DNA from: a bacterium
GTDB taxonomy: Bacteria; Patescibacteriota; Patescibacteriia; JAGPKW01
DNA length: 64,000 bases
Assembly: GCA_021780535.1 (NCBI GenBank)
Contig: JAJXYN010000009.1
Coordinates: 224,360-288,359, forward strand
Direction: 5' to 3'
Made by a program: the position numbers and the translations under genes. The notes beneath the pieces are model-generated. The model was given only the letters and a program-made list of their open reading frames with translations, ran no database searches and had not been told where the DNA came from. Shown here piece by piece: positions 30,091 to 39,476 of this stretch. The first letter of the stretch is position 1. Each line of letters starts with the position of its first letter.

Positions 30091-31806
30091 TTAAGACACT
30101 TCCCTTGTTTTAAAAACACTGAGGGCTATATTTGCTTCTTGAGAAATTTCTCTATTTTTTATACTCATATCAGAAATACTTGATATTGCAATATTTACTT
30201 CTTGAGTTCCAATTGTAATTTCCTCCATTGATCCACGAACTTCTGCAGATATTTCATTCAATGCCTTTATCTCCATTGTTATTTTTTCATTAAGTTTCAT
30301 AATGCTGTTAGCACTTTCTCTTACTGAAACAGAACTTTCATTTATCCCACTCAAATTTTCCAAAATTTGAGTGGAACCAGTAGTTTGTTCCTCCATTGCT
30401 GTATAAATTTGCTTTTCCAACACTGTTGTTGCTTTTAAACGATCTGTAACTATTTCAAAAGCTTTTTCTGCATCACTACTTGCTGTTGCAGTATCTTTTA
30501 TTGAACTTGCGATTTCTCTTAACATTGATTTAGTTTCTCTTGATTGTTTTGATGATTTCTCGGCGAGTTTTCTTATTTCATCTGCAACCACAGAAAATCC
30601 CTTACCTGAATCACCAGCGTGCGCAGCTTCAATGGCTGCATTCATAGCAAGAAGATTTGTTTGACTTGCAATATTTGCAATTATAACATTTGTTTCTTCT
30701 AGCCTTTCTGAATTTTGTGTTATTTTTGTAACGGTTTCTTTTACTCTATCAAGTTGTTTTTTGCCGTTTTCTGATGCAGATAATAATCCTTGATATTCTC
30801 TACTAAGATTTCCTACTATACCTGAAACCGCCTTAATATTTGCTACCATCTCTTCTATCGCAGAAGAAGATCCTTGAATGTGTTTAAACTGTTCTTCAAT
30901 GCGTTTAAAAAGTGTAGTAACATTTACATTCACCGCTTTAATAGTTTCTGCAGTGACATCTGAAGCATCTGATTGTTTATCAATTTCTTTTTTAATTGAT
31001 GAAATATTGGCAGTTATCTCATTAATAGAAGAAGCTGTTTCAATAGAACTGGCACTAAGACTATCACTAATATTTAAAAGCTTAGTAAATGATGTACGAG
31101 TTTTATTAATTATTAAAGAAAGTTTACCTTGAAAAATATTAAAAGAATTTGAAAGATCAGAAATTTCATTACTCCCTCTTATTGGGAGATCTTTTGTTAA
31201 ATCTCCTTCTCCTTTAGAAATTTCATGCATATTCCCATTAATAGCTGATATTGGTTTTATCACAATAATTGTTATAAGAAAATATACAAGAAAAGACATA
31301 ACTATACACATAACCAAAATCTGAATTATTATTGCATTAATTTCTTTTTTAAGAGATTCATTTATATATTCTGTTGTATATCTAACAAATAGAGTCCCTA
31401 TTGTTTTATCTTCGTGAATAATAGATTTCTCTATCTCTAATTCATTAACCTTTTTTGGCATAGAACCTGGCTCAAGTTCTATTATCTTTCCAGACTTATC
31501 TTTTATAAGACCTGCAAAAAAGGTTTTTTTATCATCATTCAACAATACATATATTCCAACTACAAGTTGTTCCCCCATCTCTGATTGTATTATTGCTTTT
31601 GCTGTTTCTGCGTTAAAATCCCATACACTTTCTGATACTGTTAATGCTAAACGAGTTTTTGTAGCACTAAGAGATGAATTTAGTCTGTTAACCAATTCTG
31701 TCCTTCTTTCCTGAAATTGAAAAAAACCAAAAATAGAAAAAATAAATATAATAAAAGAAACAGAAACTGTTATAAATAATCTACTAATTGATTTAGTGTG
31801 CTTCAT
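30091..31806 (-). CDS. Methyl-accepting chemotaxis protein
   Basis: 571 aa. Transmembrane helix 1, periplasmic sensor, transmembrane helix 2, HAMP and an MCP signalling domain ([32 protein letters not shown]). Confidence 0.9.
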   Translation of the reverse strand: MKHTKSISRLFITVSVSFIIFIFSIFGFFQFQERRTELVNRLNSSLSATKTRLALTVSESVWDFNAETAKAIIQSEMGEQLVVGIYVLLNDDKKTFFAGLIKDKSGKIIELEPGSMPKKVNELEIEKSIIHEDKTIGTLFVRYTTEYINESLKKEINAIIIQILVMCIVMSFLVYFLITIIVIKPISAINGNMHEISKGEGDLTKDLPIRGSNEISDLSNSFNIFQGKLSLIINKTRTSFTKLLNISDSLSASSIETASSINEITANISSIKKEIDKQSDASDVTAETIKAVNVNVTTLFKRIEEQFKHIQGSSSAIEEMVANIKAVSGIVGNLSREYQGLLSASENGKKQLDRVKETVTKITQNSERLEETNVIIANIASQTNLLAMNAAIEAAHAGDSGKGFSVVADEIRKLAEKSSKQSRETKSMLREIASSIKDTATASSDAEKAFEIVTDRLKATTVLEKQIYTAMEEQTTGSTQILENLSGINESSVSVRESANSIMKLNEKITMEIKALNEISAEVRGSMEEITIGTQEVNIAISSISDMSIKNREISQEANIALSVFKTREVS

Positions 31807-31961
31807 GGTTTCCCTCCTATAAACAGAAACTTGTTAACGTTATATTATCCTTGCCAATATAAAAAGTCAATTCATATAATACATTTTAATAAAAAATAAT
31901 TATTTACAAAAACTACAAACTACATTAATCTTATAAAGACAATTTACAAAGGAGGATTAGA

Positions 31962-33074
31962 ATGATAAATATATTCGCTATAATAATGAAAAATAAAAAA
32001 ATATTTAAGGCTACAAATTTTTTTATGAATATATTATACGAAGAAAGATTAAGAAATAAATTATACATTCATGCTGTAATAATCACAATTATTGCACTAT
32101 CTATAGAGGTAGTAACTTTTTTACTACAATCTCCTAAAGATGTGTTGCCATATTTTATTAGATTATTGTTTATTTTTTTATTTGTTTTAATAATTTATAT
32201 TGCTAAAAGTAAAAAAATATATTTTATATTTTCATTTAATATGGCTATATTTTGTTTACTCGTGTACCTTTGGTTTCCGTCTGGTGGCATAAAAAGCATA
32301 ACAATGTTATTTATGTTTATGAATTTAATAATATCATGGCTATTTTTTTCAACAAATAAATTAAAAATCATTACATCAACATTATTACATATTGTAGCTA
32401 TATATTTCATGATTTTTACAGAATTATATCATCCAGAATGGGTAACAAATAAATTTCCAACAACGGAAAGCCTTTTACATTATTGGCTATCAGAAGTGTT
32501 TATTGGTTTTATTGTTGTTATTGGCTTTCTTGGTCCATTATTTAGAGAATCTCTTAAATATATTGAATCTAAAGAAGCTGAAATAGCAGAAGTAAAAAAA
32601 CTCGCACAGTACGATCCATTAACCAGTGCATTAACTAGATCATATATAGTAACACTTATGATTGCTGGCCAAAACGATAATCATCATAAATACACTTTAG
32701 CTTTTGTTGATTTGGATAAATTTAAACTAGTTAATGATAAACATGGGCATCTTATTGGTGATGAATTATTAATAATAATTGTGGCCTTTTTTAAGAAACA
32801 CCTTAGAGATGGTGATTGTGTTGCTAGGTGGGGTGGAGATGAATTTTTGATATTATTTAAAGATACAAATCCTAATATTGCATATCAAAGAATGGATGAT
32901 ATTAGAATGAAAATTTCAAAAGAAGAGTGGACTTCAAAAAAATTACACATCACAATTAGTGTTGGTATTGCAGAAATGGAAAGAAATAAGAATATTCAAG
33001 ATATTATTAAAAAAGCTGATGAAAATCTTTATCAATCAAAAGAAAATGGTAGAAATAGAGTATCTATGTTGTAA
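31962..33074 (+). CDS. Membrane-bound diguanylate cyclase (GGDEF)
   Basis: N-terminal 6-7 transmembrane helices. C-terminal GGDEF domain with an RWGGDEFLILF active site and an upstream DLDKFKLVND inhibitory-site-like region. Confidence 0.85.
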   Translation: MINIFAIIMKNKKIFKATNFFMNILYEERLRNKLYIHAVIITIIALSIEVVTFLLQSPKDVLPYFIRLLFIFLFVLIIYIAKSKKIYFIFSFNMAIFCLLVYLWFPSGGIKSITMLFMFMNLIISWLFFSTNKLKIITSTLLHIVAIYFMIFTELYHPEWVTNKFPTTESLLHYWLSEVFIGFIVVIGFLGPLFRESLKYIESKEAEIAEVKKLAQYDPLTSALTRSYIVTLMIAGQNDNHHKYTLAFVDLDKFKLVNDKHGHLIGDELLIIIVAFFKKHLRDGDCVARWGGDEFLILFKDTNPNIAYQRMDDIRMKISKEEWTSKKLHITISVGIAEMERNKNIQDIIKKADENLYQSKENGRNRVSML

Positions 33075-33446
33075 ATACGTTTCAACAACTCTGGCTAACA
33101 TGAAAGTGTTAGCCTTATTTTATTTATATTTATTTAGAATAATAATATAGGTTTATATTATTTTTTATAATTTATTTTTCAAATTTTTCAATATTATGAT
33201 ATTGTTTTTGTATATTTAATTCAATTTCTTATGGGTACAAAAAAATATGCAGTGTTAGTGCATATTTTAAAGCTGGCACCATTCTGGCACACAAATTTTT
33301 AGACTTGCTTTACTCGTCAAAATTTGGAGCTCGTTTGTAGAGGACGTTAGAACTAATTTAGCTAATATACACCAGTAGTTCTCACTATATTGATATTATT
33401 TTATATTAAAGTAAAATTATAGTTATTAGATAAATAATTATAAAAT

Positions 33447-34868
33447 ATGGACAATGAAGAATTATTAGACAAAATACTTCAAGATAAAATTGAGAATGAA
33501 ATAATAGAATTCAAGGAAGCTAAAAATAATTTTGATTTAGATGATTTAGGAAAATATTTTTCTGCATTAAGCAATGAAGCTAATTTAAATAACGCAAACA
33601 ATGCGTATCTTGTATTTGGTATTGATGATAATAAAAAAATAGTTGGGACAACTTGGAAAGATAGTGAAAAGGAAATAAATAAATTAAAAATGTTTATTTC
33701 TGAACATACTGCTAATTCAATTACATTTGAAAATATAATAGTAATAACAAAAGATAAAAAGAGGGTTTTGATATTTGAAATATCTCCAACACCAATAGGA
33801 ATACCAATGTCTTGGAAGGGGCATTTTTATGGCAGAAATGGAGAAAGTTTAGTCCCATTAAATATTGATAAAATAGAAAAAATTAGAAAACAAACAAAAA
33901 TATCATTTGAAAAAGAGATATCAACTGATAATCTAACGGAGGATGAAGTTCTTGGATTACTTGATTATTCAAAATATTTTAGTTTATTAAGCTTCCCCAC
34001 ACCTAAAACAAGAGAAGGCATAACAAGAAAATTGATTGATGATGGTTTTGTTGTTAGAGATGGAAATAGTTTTAAGATAAAAAATTTAGGAGCTATCCTT
34101 TTAGCTAATAATTTAAATGATTTTGAAAAAGTAAAAAGAAAAAAAATAAGAATTATATTATATAAAGGAAAAAATAAAATTGAAACAATAAGAGAAATAG
34201 AGATACAAAAAGGTTATGCTGTTGGTTTTACTGATATAGTTAACAATATAAACACTATATTACCGTCTAATGAAGAGATTTCAAAATTTTTAAGAACAGA
34301 AAAAAAGATGTATCCAGAAATAGCCATAAGAGAATTACTAGCAAACTCATTAGTGCATCAGGATTTCACAGTAACAGGAACAGCACCTATGATTGAAATA
34401 TTTGATGATAGAATAGAGATAACAAACCCAGGAAGTCCCTTAATAGATATAAATAGATTTATAGACCACCATCCACAATCTAGAAATGAAGGCGTTGCCA
34501 ATATAATGAGAATGATAAATATTTGTGAAGAAAGAGGTAGTGGAATAGATAAAGTAATAGCCAGTATAGAGGTATATCAATTACCACCATTAAAAATAGA
34601 AAAATATGAAAATTTTACAAAAGTGATACTCTATTCTGATAAAAGATTATCTTATATGGACAAGAATGATAAAATAAGAGCTTGCTATCAACACTGTTGT
34701 TTAAAGTATGTTGGTAACGAAATAATGACAAATGCCACATTAAGAGAGAGACTTGGAATAAAAAGTGAAAACTATTCTACCGTTTCTAGAATAATAAGAG
34801 ATACTATAGAACAGGGCTTAATAAAAGAATATAAAAATAAGGAATATATACCATTTTGGGCTTCTTGA
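33447..34868 (+). CDS. AlbA_2 (Schlafen-like divergent AAA) plus HATPase_c_4 domain protein, a putative ATP-dependent DNA-binding/defence-associated protein
   Basis: IEFKEAKNNFD…ALSNEANLN…AYLVFGIDDNKKIVG N-terminal AlbA_2 pattern. C-terminal AIRELLANSLVHQDF…IEITNPG HATPase_c_4 pattern plus a wHTH. Confidence 0.7.
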   Translation: MDNEELLDKILQDKIENEIIEFKEAKNNFDLDDLGKYFSALSNEANLNNANNAYLVFGIDDNKKIVGTTWKDSEKEINKLKMFISEHTANSITFENIIVITKDKKRVLIFEISPTPIGIPMSWKGHFYGRNGESLVPLNIDKIEKIRKQTKISFEKEISTDNLTEDEVLGLLDYSKYFSLLSFPTPKTREGITRKLIDDGFVVRDGNSFKIKNLGAILLANNLNDFEKVKRKKIRIILYKGKNKIETIREIEIQKGYAVGFTDIVNNINTILPSNEEISKFLRTEKKMYPEIAIRELLANSLVHQDFTVTGTAPMIEIFDDRIEITNPGSPLIDINRFIDHHPQSRNEGVANIMRMINICEERGSGIDKVIASIEVYQLPPLKIEKYENFTKVILYSDKRLSYMDKNDKIRACYQHCCLKYVGNEIMTNATLRERLGIKSENYSTVSRIIRDTIEQGLIKEYKNKEYIPFWAS

Positions 34869-34904
34869 TGTGATTTTATATATAACAATATAAAACAATA
34901 TAAA

Positions 34905-34932
34905 AAAAATATGCTAATTTTAGCATATTTTT
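34905..34932. terminator. Bidirectional terminator (perfect 12-bp hairpin aaaaatatgcta/tagcatattttt)
   Basis: Lies between the convergent AlbA_2 gene and the defence operon. Confidence 0.5.
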
Positions 34933-34984
34933 TATGTGACTGGAATGTGATTTTAATAAATTATTATCTAAAATAAGGTATTTT

Positions 34985-35446
34985 TTATTTAAACTCATTA
35001 ACAATAAATTTATGTATATTTTTATCTTTTATTTTTCTTAAATATTTTAATAGCAAATCATAAGCTTTGTGTTCTTTATTCTTAGACCAAACAATATTAT
35101 TATCCTCTCTTATTATATCTGAACTTAAAAAGTTTTTTAAAACATCTAAATCTGAGAAATAAGGCACTATGAGTTTATCAAATACTGTATTGTAGTGAGC
35201 ACCCCAACTACACTCTATAAAATGTTTTAGTAACTTTTCTGAATTGTAATTTACTATACATTTTAGAGCTAATTTATCTGCATAGATACAATCAGAATAT
35301 AACACTAAAAAATCATCATCTTTCCCTAATAGTTTTATTATACTACTAAAACTAAAACCACAATTTAGACAACCATTTTCAGTGTCTTGCAAAGTAATTT
35401 TTGTATCACATTTTGGACAAATTAAATATTTTTCAAAAATACCCAT
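34985..35446 (-). CDS. Zn-ribbon protein (last gene of the R-M-linked operon)
   Basis: N-terminal CPKC…(17)…CLNC zinc ribbon. 153 aa. 10-nt gap to the upstream gene. Confidence 0.45.
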   Translation of the reverse strand: MGIFEKYLICPKCDTKITLQDTENGCLNCGFSFSSIIKLLGKDDDFLVLYSDCIYADKLALKCIVNYNSEKLLKHFIECSWGAHYNTVFDKLIVPYFSDLDVLKNFLSSDIIREDNNIVWSKNKEHKAYDLLLKYLRKIKDKNIHKFIVNEFK

Positions 35447-35456
35447 TTTTATTAAA

Positions 35457-35741
35457 TTATTTTATTGGACTAAATATATCTTTTTGTTTTTTATATTGTT
35501 GTTCTTGGATAGCTTCTAAACTTTTTTCCATTATCTTCTTTCTATAAGCTAGTATCTCTTCTCTATAAAAAAGAAAGTAATTTAGTTTAGCATTTTTAGA
35601 ATAATCTGCTAATTGTTCTAAGTCATTAGCTAAAGCCTCTATTCTTTTTACTGTTTTTTCTGCTTTTTTTATTATTATATCCTGCTTCTTTAGAAATACT
35701 TTTTCATTTTTTTCTATTTGGTCAAATCTTCTTGGTGGCAT
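35457..35741 (-). CDS. Small coiled-coil protein (94 aa) in the R-M-linked operon
   Basis: Heptad-rich, Lys/Glu-rich. 18 nt after the nuclease-like gene. Confidence 0.4.
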   Translation of the reverse strand: MPPRRFDQIEKNEKVFLKKQDIIIKKAEKTVKRIEALANDLEQLADYSKNAKLNYFLFYREEILAYRKKIMEKSLEAIQEQQYKKQKDIFSPIK

Positions 35742-35759
35742 ATTCTTTTATTATTATAA

Positions 35760-37229
35760 TTATATATTATTTAAATAATTCAATATCTTAACCATAGCAA
35801 GCGTATCAAGATGACAATAAGTAGTTAAATCCTTATGTATTTTATCTCTATCTTCCTGAGTAAATCTTTCTTCTAATATCATCTCTCTCCAACTATTTGA
35901 AGCCGTCATTCCTTCTTTAATATTAAGCTCTTTGTATGATAATTCTGGAACAAGTATTGGGAGAACTTTTTTAATAGACCAACTTCCGTGAAATCTTCCG
36001 TCTACATAATAAGCATCGTGGAATATGTCCATTAAATCAAATACTCTTTCATTTACATTTAACAAGAAATTATTGTAATTAGGATATCTTTCAGCCATTT
36101 CTCTATTACAACCCATTTCAAAAGATTTATTCCATACAATTACGCTCCCATTATCATCTTTTATTATTTCTTTTAATGTTTTAACTAAATCTATAGAAGG
36201 GTCAGTATTTTCTTTTCCTAGAAATTCAAAATGTTCTAATTCTGAATATGGGGTTTGTTGTATGTGTAATGAATATTGAAATACAACTCTTTGGTATGGC
36301 TTATATCCATTAAACATAGGAATAGCTGGGTTTAAAGTTTCGTAATCAAGAAAATATAAAGGATATTTTAATTTAGATAATTCTTCCTTTATTTTATCTT
36401 TCTCTATATGAGGTTTTCCTGTATTTAAACTCTCTACATAGTATTTCTTTAAATCATTTGTAAGATAACTATCAGGTATATCTTTAGCGTGTATTATTCC
36501 TTCATCAATTAAATTCATTAACTTATTCTCTCTGAATTGAAAGTTATAAATACTATCATCAGGAATATCTTTTTGGCAGTAATCTATAAAATTACAAGTT
36601 TCTGGATTTTTACATTGAGAAAGTATTTCAACATTAAGTTCTTCTTTAAATGTAAGAACTTCTTTTAATTTACTTATTTCATTTTTAACTTCTTCTAGTT
36701 TTTCTATAACTTCTATAGTCTTGTTTTCAATACTAAAATATTGATTTATATCTATTTCACCATTTCTAATATATTGATTATTAACGTGAACTACATAAGT
36801 TTCACCAATACTTAATCCTTGTTTTTCTAATACAATCTTTTGAAAAGCTAAATCTTTAATATGTTGTTTATCTACTTCTGTAGTAGCTTTAATTTCATAT
36901 ATATCAAACTTATTTGTTTCGTTATTAAATTTTAATATATCAGAACGACAATATAACTCATCAACAATAAAAGTGGCTTGATGAATGATTTTAGCACCTT
37001 CTTTAATATATTTTTCTGTTTCTAAGCTACCTTGAAGTTTATCCTCTGTAATTATCTTATCTTTACTATCAAATAACTTATATGCGAGAGTTTCAACTTG
37101 ATATCCTTCTTCTATTTTAAGTTGTTCATTTTTATCTGGAGGTAATACTAAATCTGGTCTATTGATAAATAGCCAAGCAAATTTAGGACATTGTATAAAA
37201 CGTAGATAGTCGGATTTTGTTATTAACAT
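35760..37229 (-). CDS. Nuclease-like protein with an N-terminal Cas4-like PD-(D/E)xK module and a C-terminal FLDYET-bearing domain (recalled as DUF2779)
   Basis: MLITKSDYLRFIQCPKFAWL N-terminus. D…D…EIK motif (VDELYCRSD…IYEIKATT). Cys cluster CKNPETCNFIDYC. C-terminal YFLDYET…VVFQYSLH…VWNKSFE (DEDD/RNase-H-like). The start abuts the res stop (37229/37230). Confidence 0.5.
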   Translation of the reverse strand: MLITKSDYLRFIQCPKFAWLFINRPDLVLPPDKNEQLKIEEGYQVETLAYKLFDSKDKIITEDKLQGSLETEKYIKEGAKIIHQATFIVDELYCRSDILKFNNETNKFDIYEIKATTEVDKQHIKDLAFQKIVLEKQGLSIGETYVVHVNNQYIRNGEIDINQYFSIENKTIEVIEKLEEVKNEISKLKEVLTFKEELNVEILSQCKNPETCNFIDYCQKDIPDDSIYNFQFRENKLMNLIDEGIIHAKDIPDSYLTNDLKKYYVESLNTGKPHIEKDKIKEELSKLKYPLYFLDYETLNPAIPMFNGYKPYQRVVFQYSLHIQQTPYSELEHFEFLGKENTDPSIDLVKTLKEIIKDDNGSVIVWNKSFEMGCNREMAERYPNYNNFLLNVNERVFDLMDIFHDAYYVDGRFHGSWSIKKVLPILVPELSYKELNIKEGMTASNSWREMILEERFTQEDRDKIHKDLTTYCHLDTLAMVKILNYLNNI

Positions 37230-39473
37230 TTAGTTTAAACTTATAAGATTGCCGTTACTAACTTCATATACATCATTTGTGTTTAATTTAAATAATCTAC
37301 CGTTTTCTTTTGGTATAACTATACCACCAAATAATTTATTATTTCCAGCTTCTTTTATATATTCCTGTAGGGCTTCTGCTTTTAACTTTGTTTCTAATTG
37401 TTCTGCTGTTATTCCTTCTTTTGTATCAAAAATACCAATTCTTTCATCTTTATATTTTACTATAAAATCTGGATAAAAACCTTTTAGCTCATTATTCATT
37501 TTATAAGTTATTCCAAAAAATATTTTATTTCCTTGTCCATTTTTAAACCACCACTCAATCTCACTACTTTGTTCCAAATAATTATTTATAAAGTCATTTT
37601 CAGTTTTCCATTTATTATCTAAAAAACAAGGACTTAATATACATTTATCAAAATTGTTTTCATTAAACGTATCTGGGTATGATAAATATTCCGGTACGTT
37701 AAATATTGTTTCAATAGGTTCTTTTATTTTTATTTCTCTTGATTTTATATATTCATCTTTTGATTTATTTATTAAATCTATAAAAAAACTCTGATTTGTT
37801 AATACGATACTTTGTATATCTAATCTACTTTTATTTTGTTCTTCAAATCCAAGATATTTTTCAAAAAGTTCATATATTGATTGCTCTAATATCCCAGTAG
37901 ACCTAGATTGTTGAAATGGAGCACATAAAGAGCTTAAAAATGAGTAAAATAATACTTTTACATATGAATATGATTGTTTAAATTCTTCTTTTTTATCACC
38001 ACTCAAAAAGATTTTGTTATCTATTTCATCTATATTTGAAAATCCTAAATTTGTTATAATTTTTGTATTTAGTTCTTTATTAAAATCAATAAATTTATTT
38101 GCTATGTTTATGTTTTCTTTACTTTTTTCTATATCATAAAATCCATTTATTTTATTAAAAAACTCTTTATGTAAAAATGGTCTAAATTCTAACTTTAAAT
38201 CATTGTAATCAATTCTAGGTAAATAGTATGATTTTAGATTTATGTTTGAGTATAAATTTTTTCTTTTTGCTTCTTTTCTTTTTATGTATTCTTGGGCAAC
38301 ACCTTCAGCAATAGAAATATTTTCTATATTTGTATATAAATAAGCTTTATTTAAATCTTCATTTTGGTAATGCTTTAGTTCTGGCATTCTCATTATTCTA
38401 CCAACTGTTTGTATTTCAAAAATTTGACTTCCTGTTTCTCTGAATTTAATTAAAATTTGAGCCCTTGGACAATCCCAACCAGTCGCTATTGCTTGTTTAA
38501 AGATTAAAGCATCTATAATACTGCTATTTCTATCTATTTCTTCTAAATTCACTTTATCTTCTGAAAGCCACAAAGATAATCTTTTATTTTCTTCTGTTAT
38601 ATTAAATTTATTTTTTAAAATATCTTTAATTTCATCAATTTTTTGTTTGTCTAAATCACTTAAAGTACTCTTTTCATTTGGTAATTGAATTAAAATAAGA
38701 GGATTTATATTAGAATTATTTTTTAAATATAAATCTTTTAAATATTTTTGTTTTTTAATAGCTTCCTCTATTATTGCTTCATCTATAATTAAATTTCTAT
38801 CATTTTTTAACTCTGGATTTATAATAACTTCTTTTTTTATCATTTGTTCATCAATAACATCCTGTAATTCTACGTCAACATTCGGGTTTTCTTCTGGTGT
38901 TGCGGAAATATCTATTTGTAGTTTTGGTTGAATAATTTCATCTATTATTTTTTTACTATCTATCGTCATATGTAAATGACTTTCGTCTATAATAAGAATA
39001 ATTGTTCTACCTTCATCTTTTGCGTTTGTTATAAAATTTTTTAAATTTCTGTTATATTCATTATCCGCCATAAAAATATTAGTATAATCACCAGATTGTA
39101 TACCTTTTTCAGGATTATCCTGTTTTGCTTTATTTCTTATTTTTTCCCAATTTATAAAAAGTATCTCATTTTGTTTTAATATATTATCTTGGACATCTTC
39201 TAAATTTGAAAACTTAAAAACACCATTATTTATTATAGATTGAAGTCTATTTTTACTTTGATTATGTAATTCGTGTATAGATAACCAAACAAAGCTAAAA
39301 TTACCTTGTATTTCTTTAGTAAATCTTTCTAGATATTTTGCTATCATAACTGTTTTTCCAGAGCCGGTAGGAGCTTTAAATACTATTTTTCTGTTATCAT
39401 TTTTATTTAAAAATTTCACAGTCTCTTCAAAAAGTTCGTTTATAGCTTTTATTTGATAATTTTTTAATTCCAT
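37230..39473 (-). CDS. res: Type III restriction enzyme, Res subunit
   Basis: 747 aa. SF2 helicase motifs (KAPTGSGKT, LIIDESHL, TVGRIMRMP) and a C-terminal PD…(D/E)xK (YPDFIV…IFDTKEG). Directly downstream of mod. Confidence 0.8.
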   Translation of the reverse strand: MELKNYQIKAINELFEETVKFLNKNDNRKIVFKAPTGSGKTVMIAKYLERFTKEIQGNFSFVWLSIHELHNQSKNRLQSIINNGVFKFSNLEDVQDNILKQNEILFINWEKIRNKAKQDNPEKGIQSGDYTNIFMADNEYNRNLKNFITNAKDEGRTIILIIDESHLHMTIDSKKIIDEIIQPKLQIDISATPEENPNVDVELQDVIDEQMIKKEVIINPELKNDRNLIIDEAIIEEAIKKQKYLKDLYLKNNSNINPLILIQLPNEKSTLSDLDKQKIDEIKDILKNKFNITEENKRLSLWLSEDKVNLEEIDRNSSIIDALIFKQAIATGWDCPRAQILIKFRETGSQIFEIQTVGRIMRMPELKHYQNEDLNKAYLYTNIENISIAEGVAQEYIKRKEAKRKNLYSNINLKSYYLPRIDYNDLKLEFRPFLHKEFFNKINGFYDIEKSKENINIANKFIDFNKELNTKIITNLGFSNIDEIDNKIFLSGDKKEEFKQSYSYVKVLFYSFLSSLCAPFQQSRSTGILEQSIYELFEKYLGFEEQNKSRLDIQSIVLTNQSFFIDLINKSKDEYIKSREIKIKEPIETIFNVPEYLSYPDTFNENNFDKCILSPCFLDNKWKTENDFINNYLEQSSEIEWWFKNGQGNKIFFGITYKMNNELKGFYPDFIVKYKDERIGIFDTKEGITAEQLETKLKAEALQEYIKEAGNNKLFGGIVIPKENGRLFKLNTNDVYEVSNGNLISLN

Positions 39474-39476
39474 ATT

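Noticed and set aside
29108-30119. Plus-strand ORFs 29108..29404, 29651..29971 and minus ORF 29835..30119 overlapping the SBP_bac_3 gene
   Set aside because: The minus-strand 257-aa ORF has a signal peptide and a coherent binding-protein sequence. The others are overlapping-frame artefacts of the GC-richer segment.
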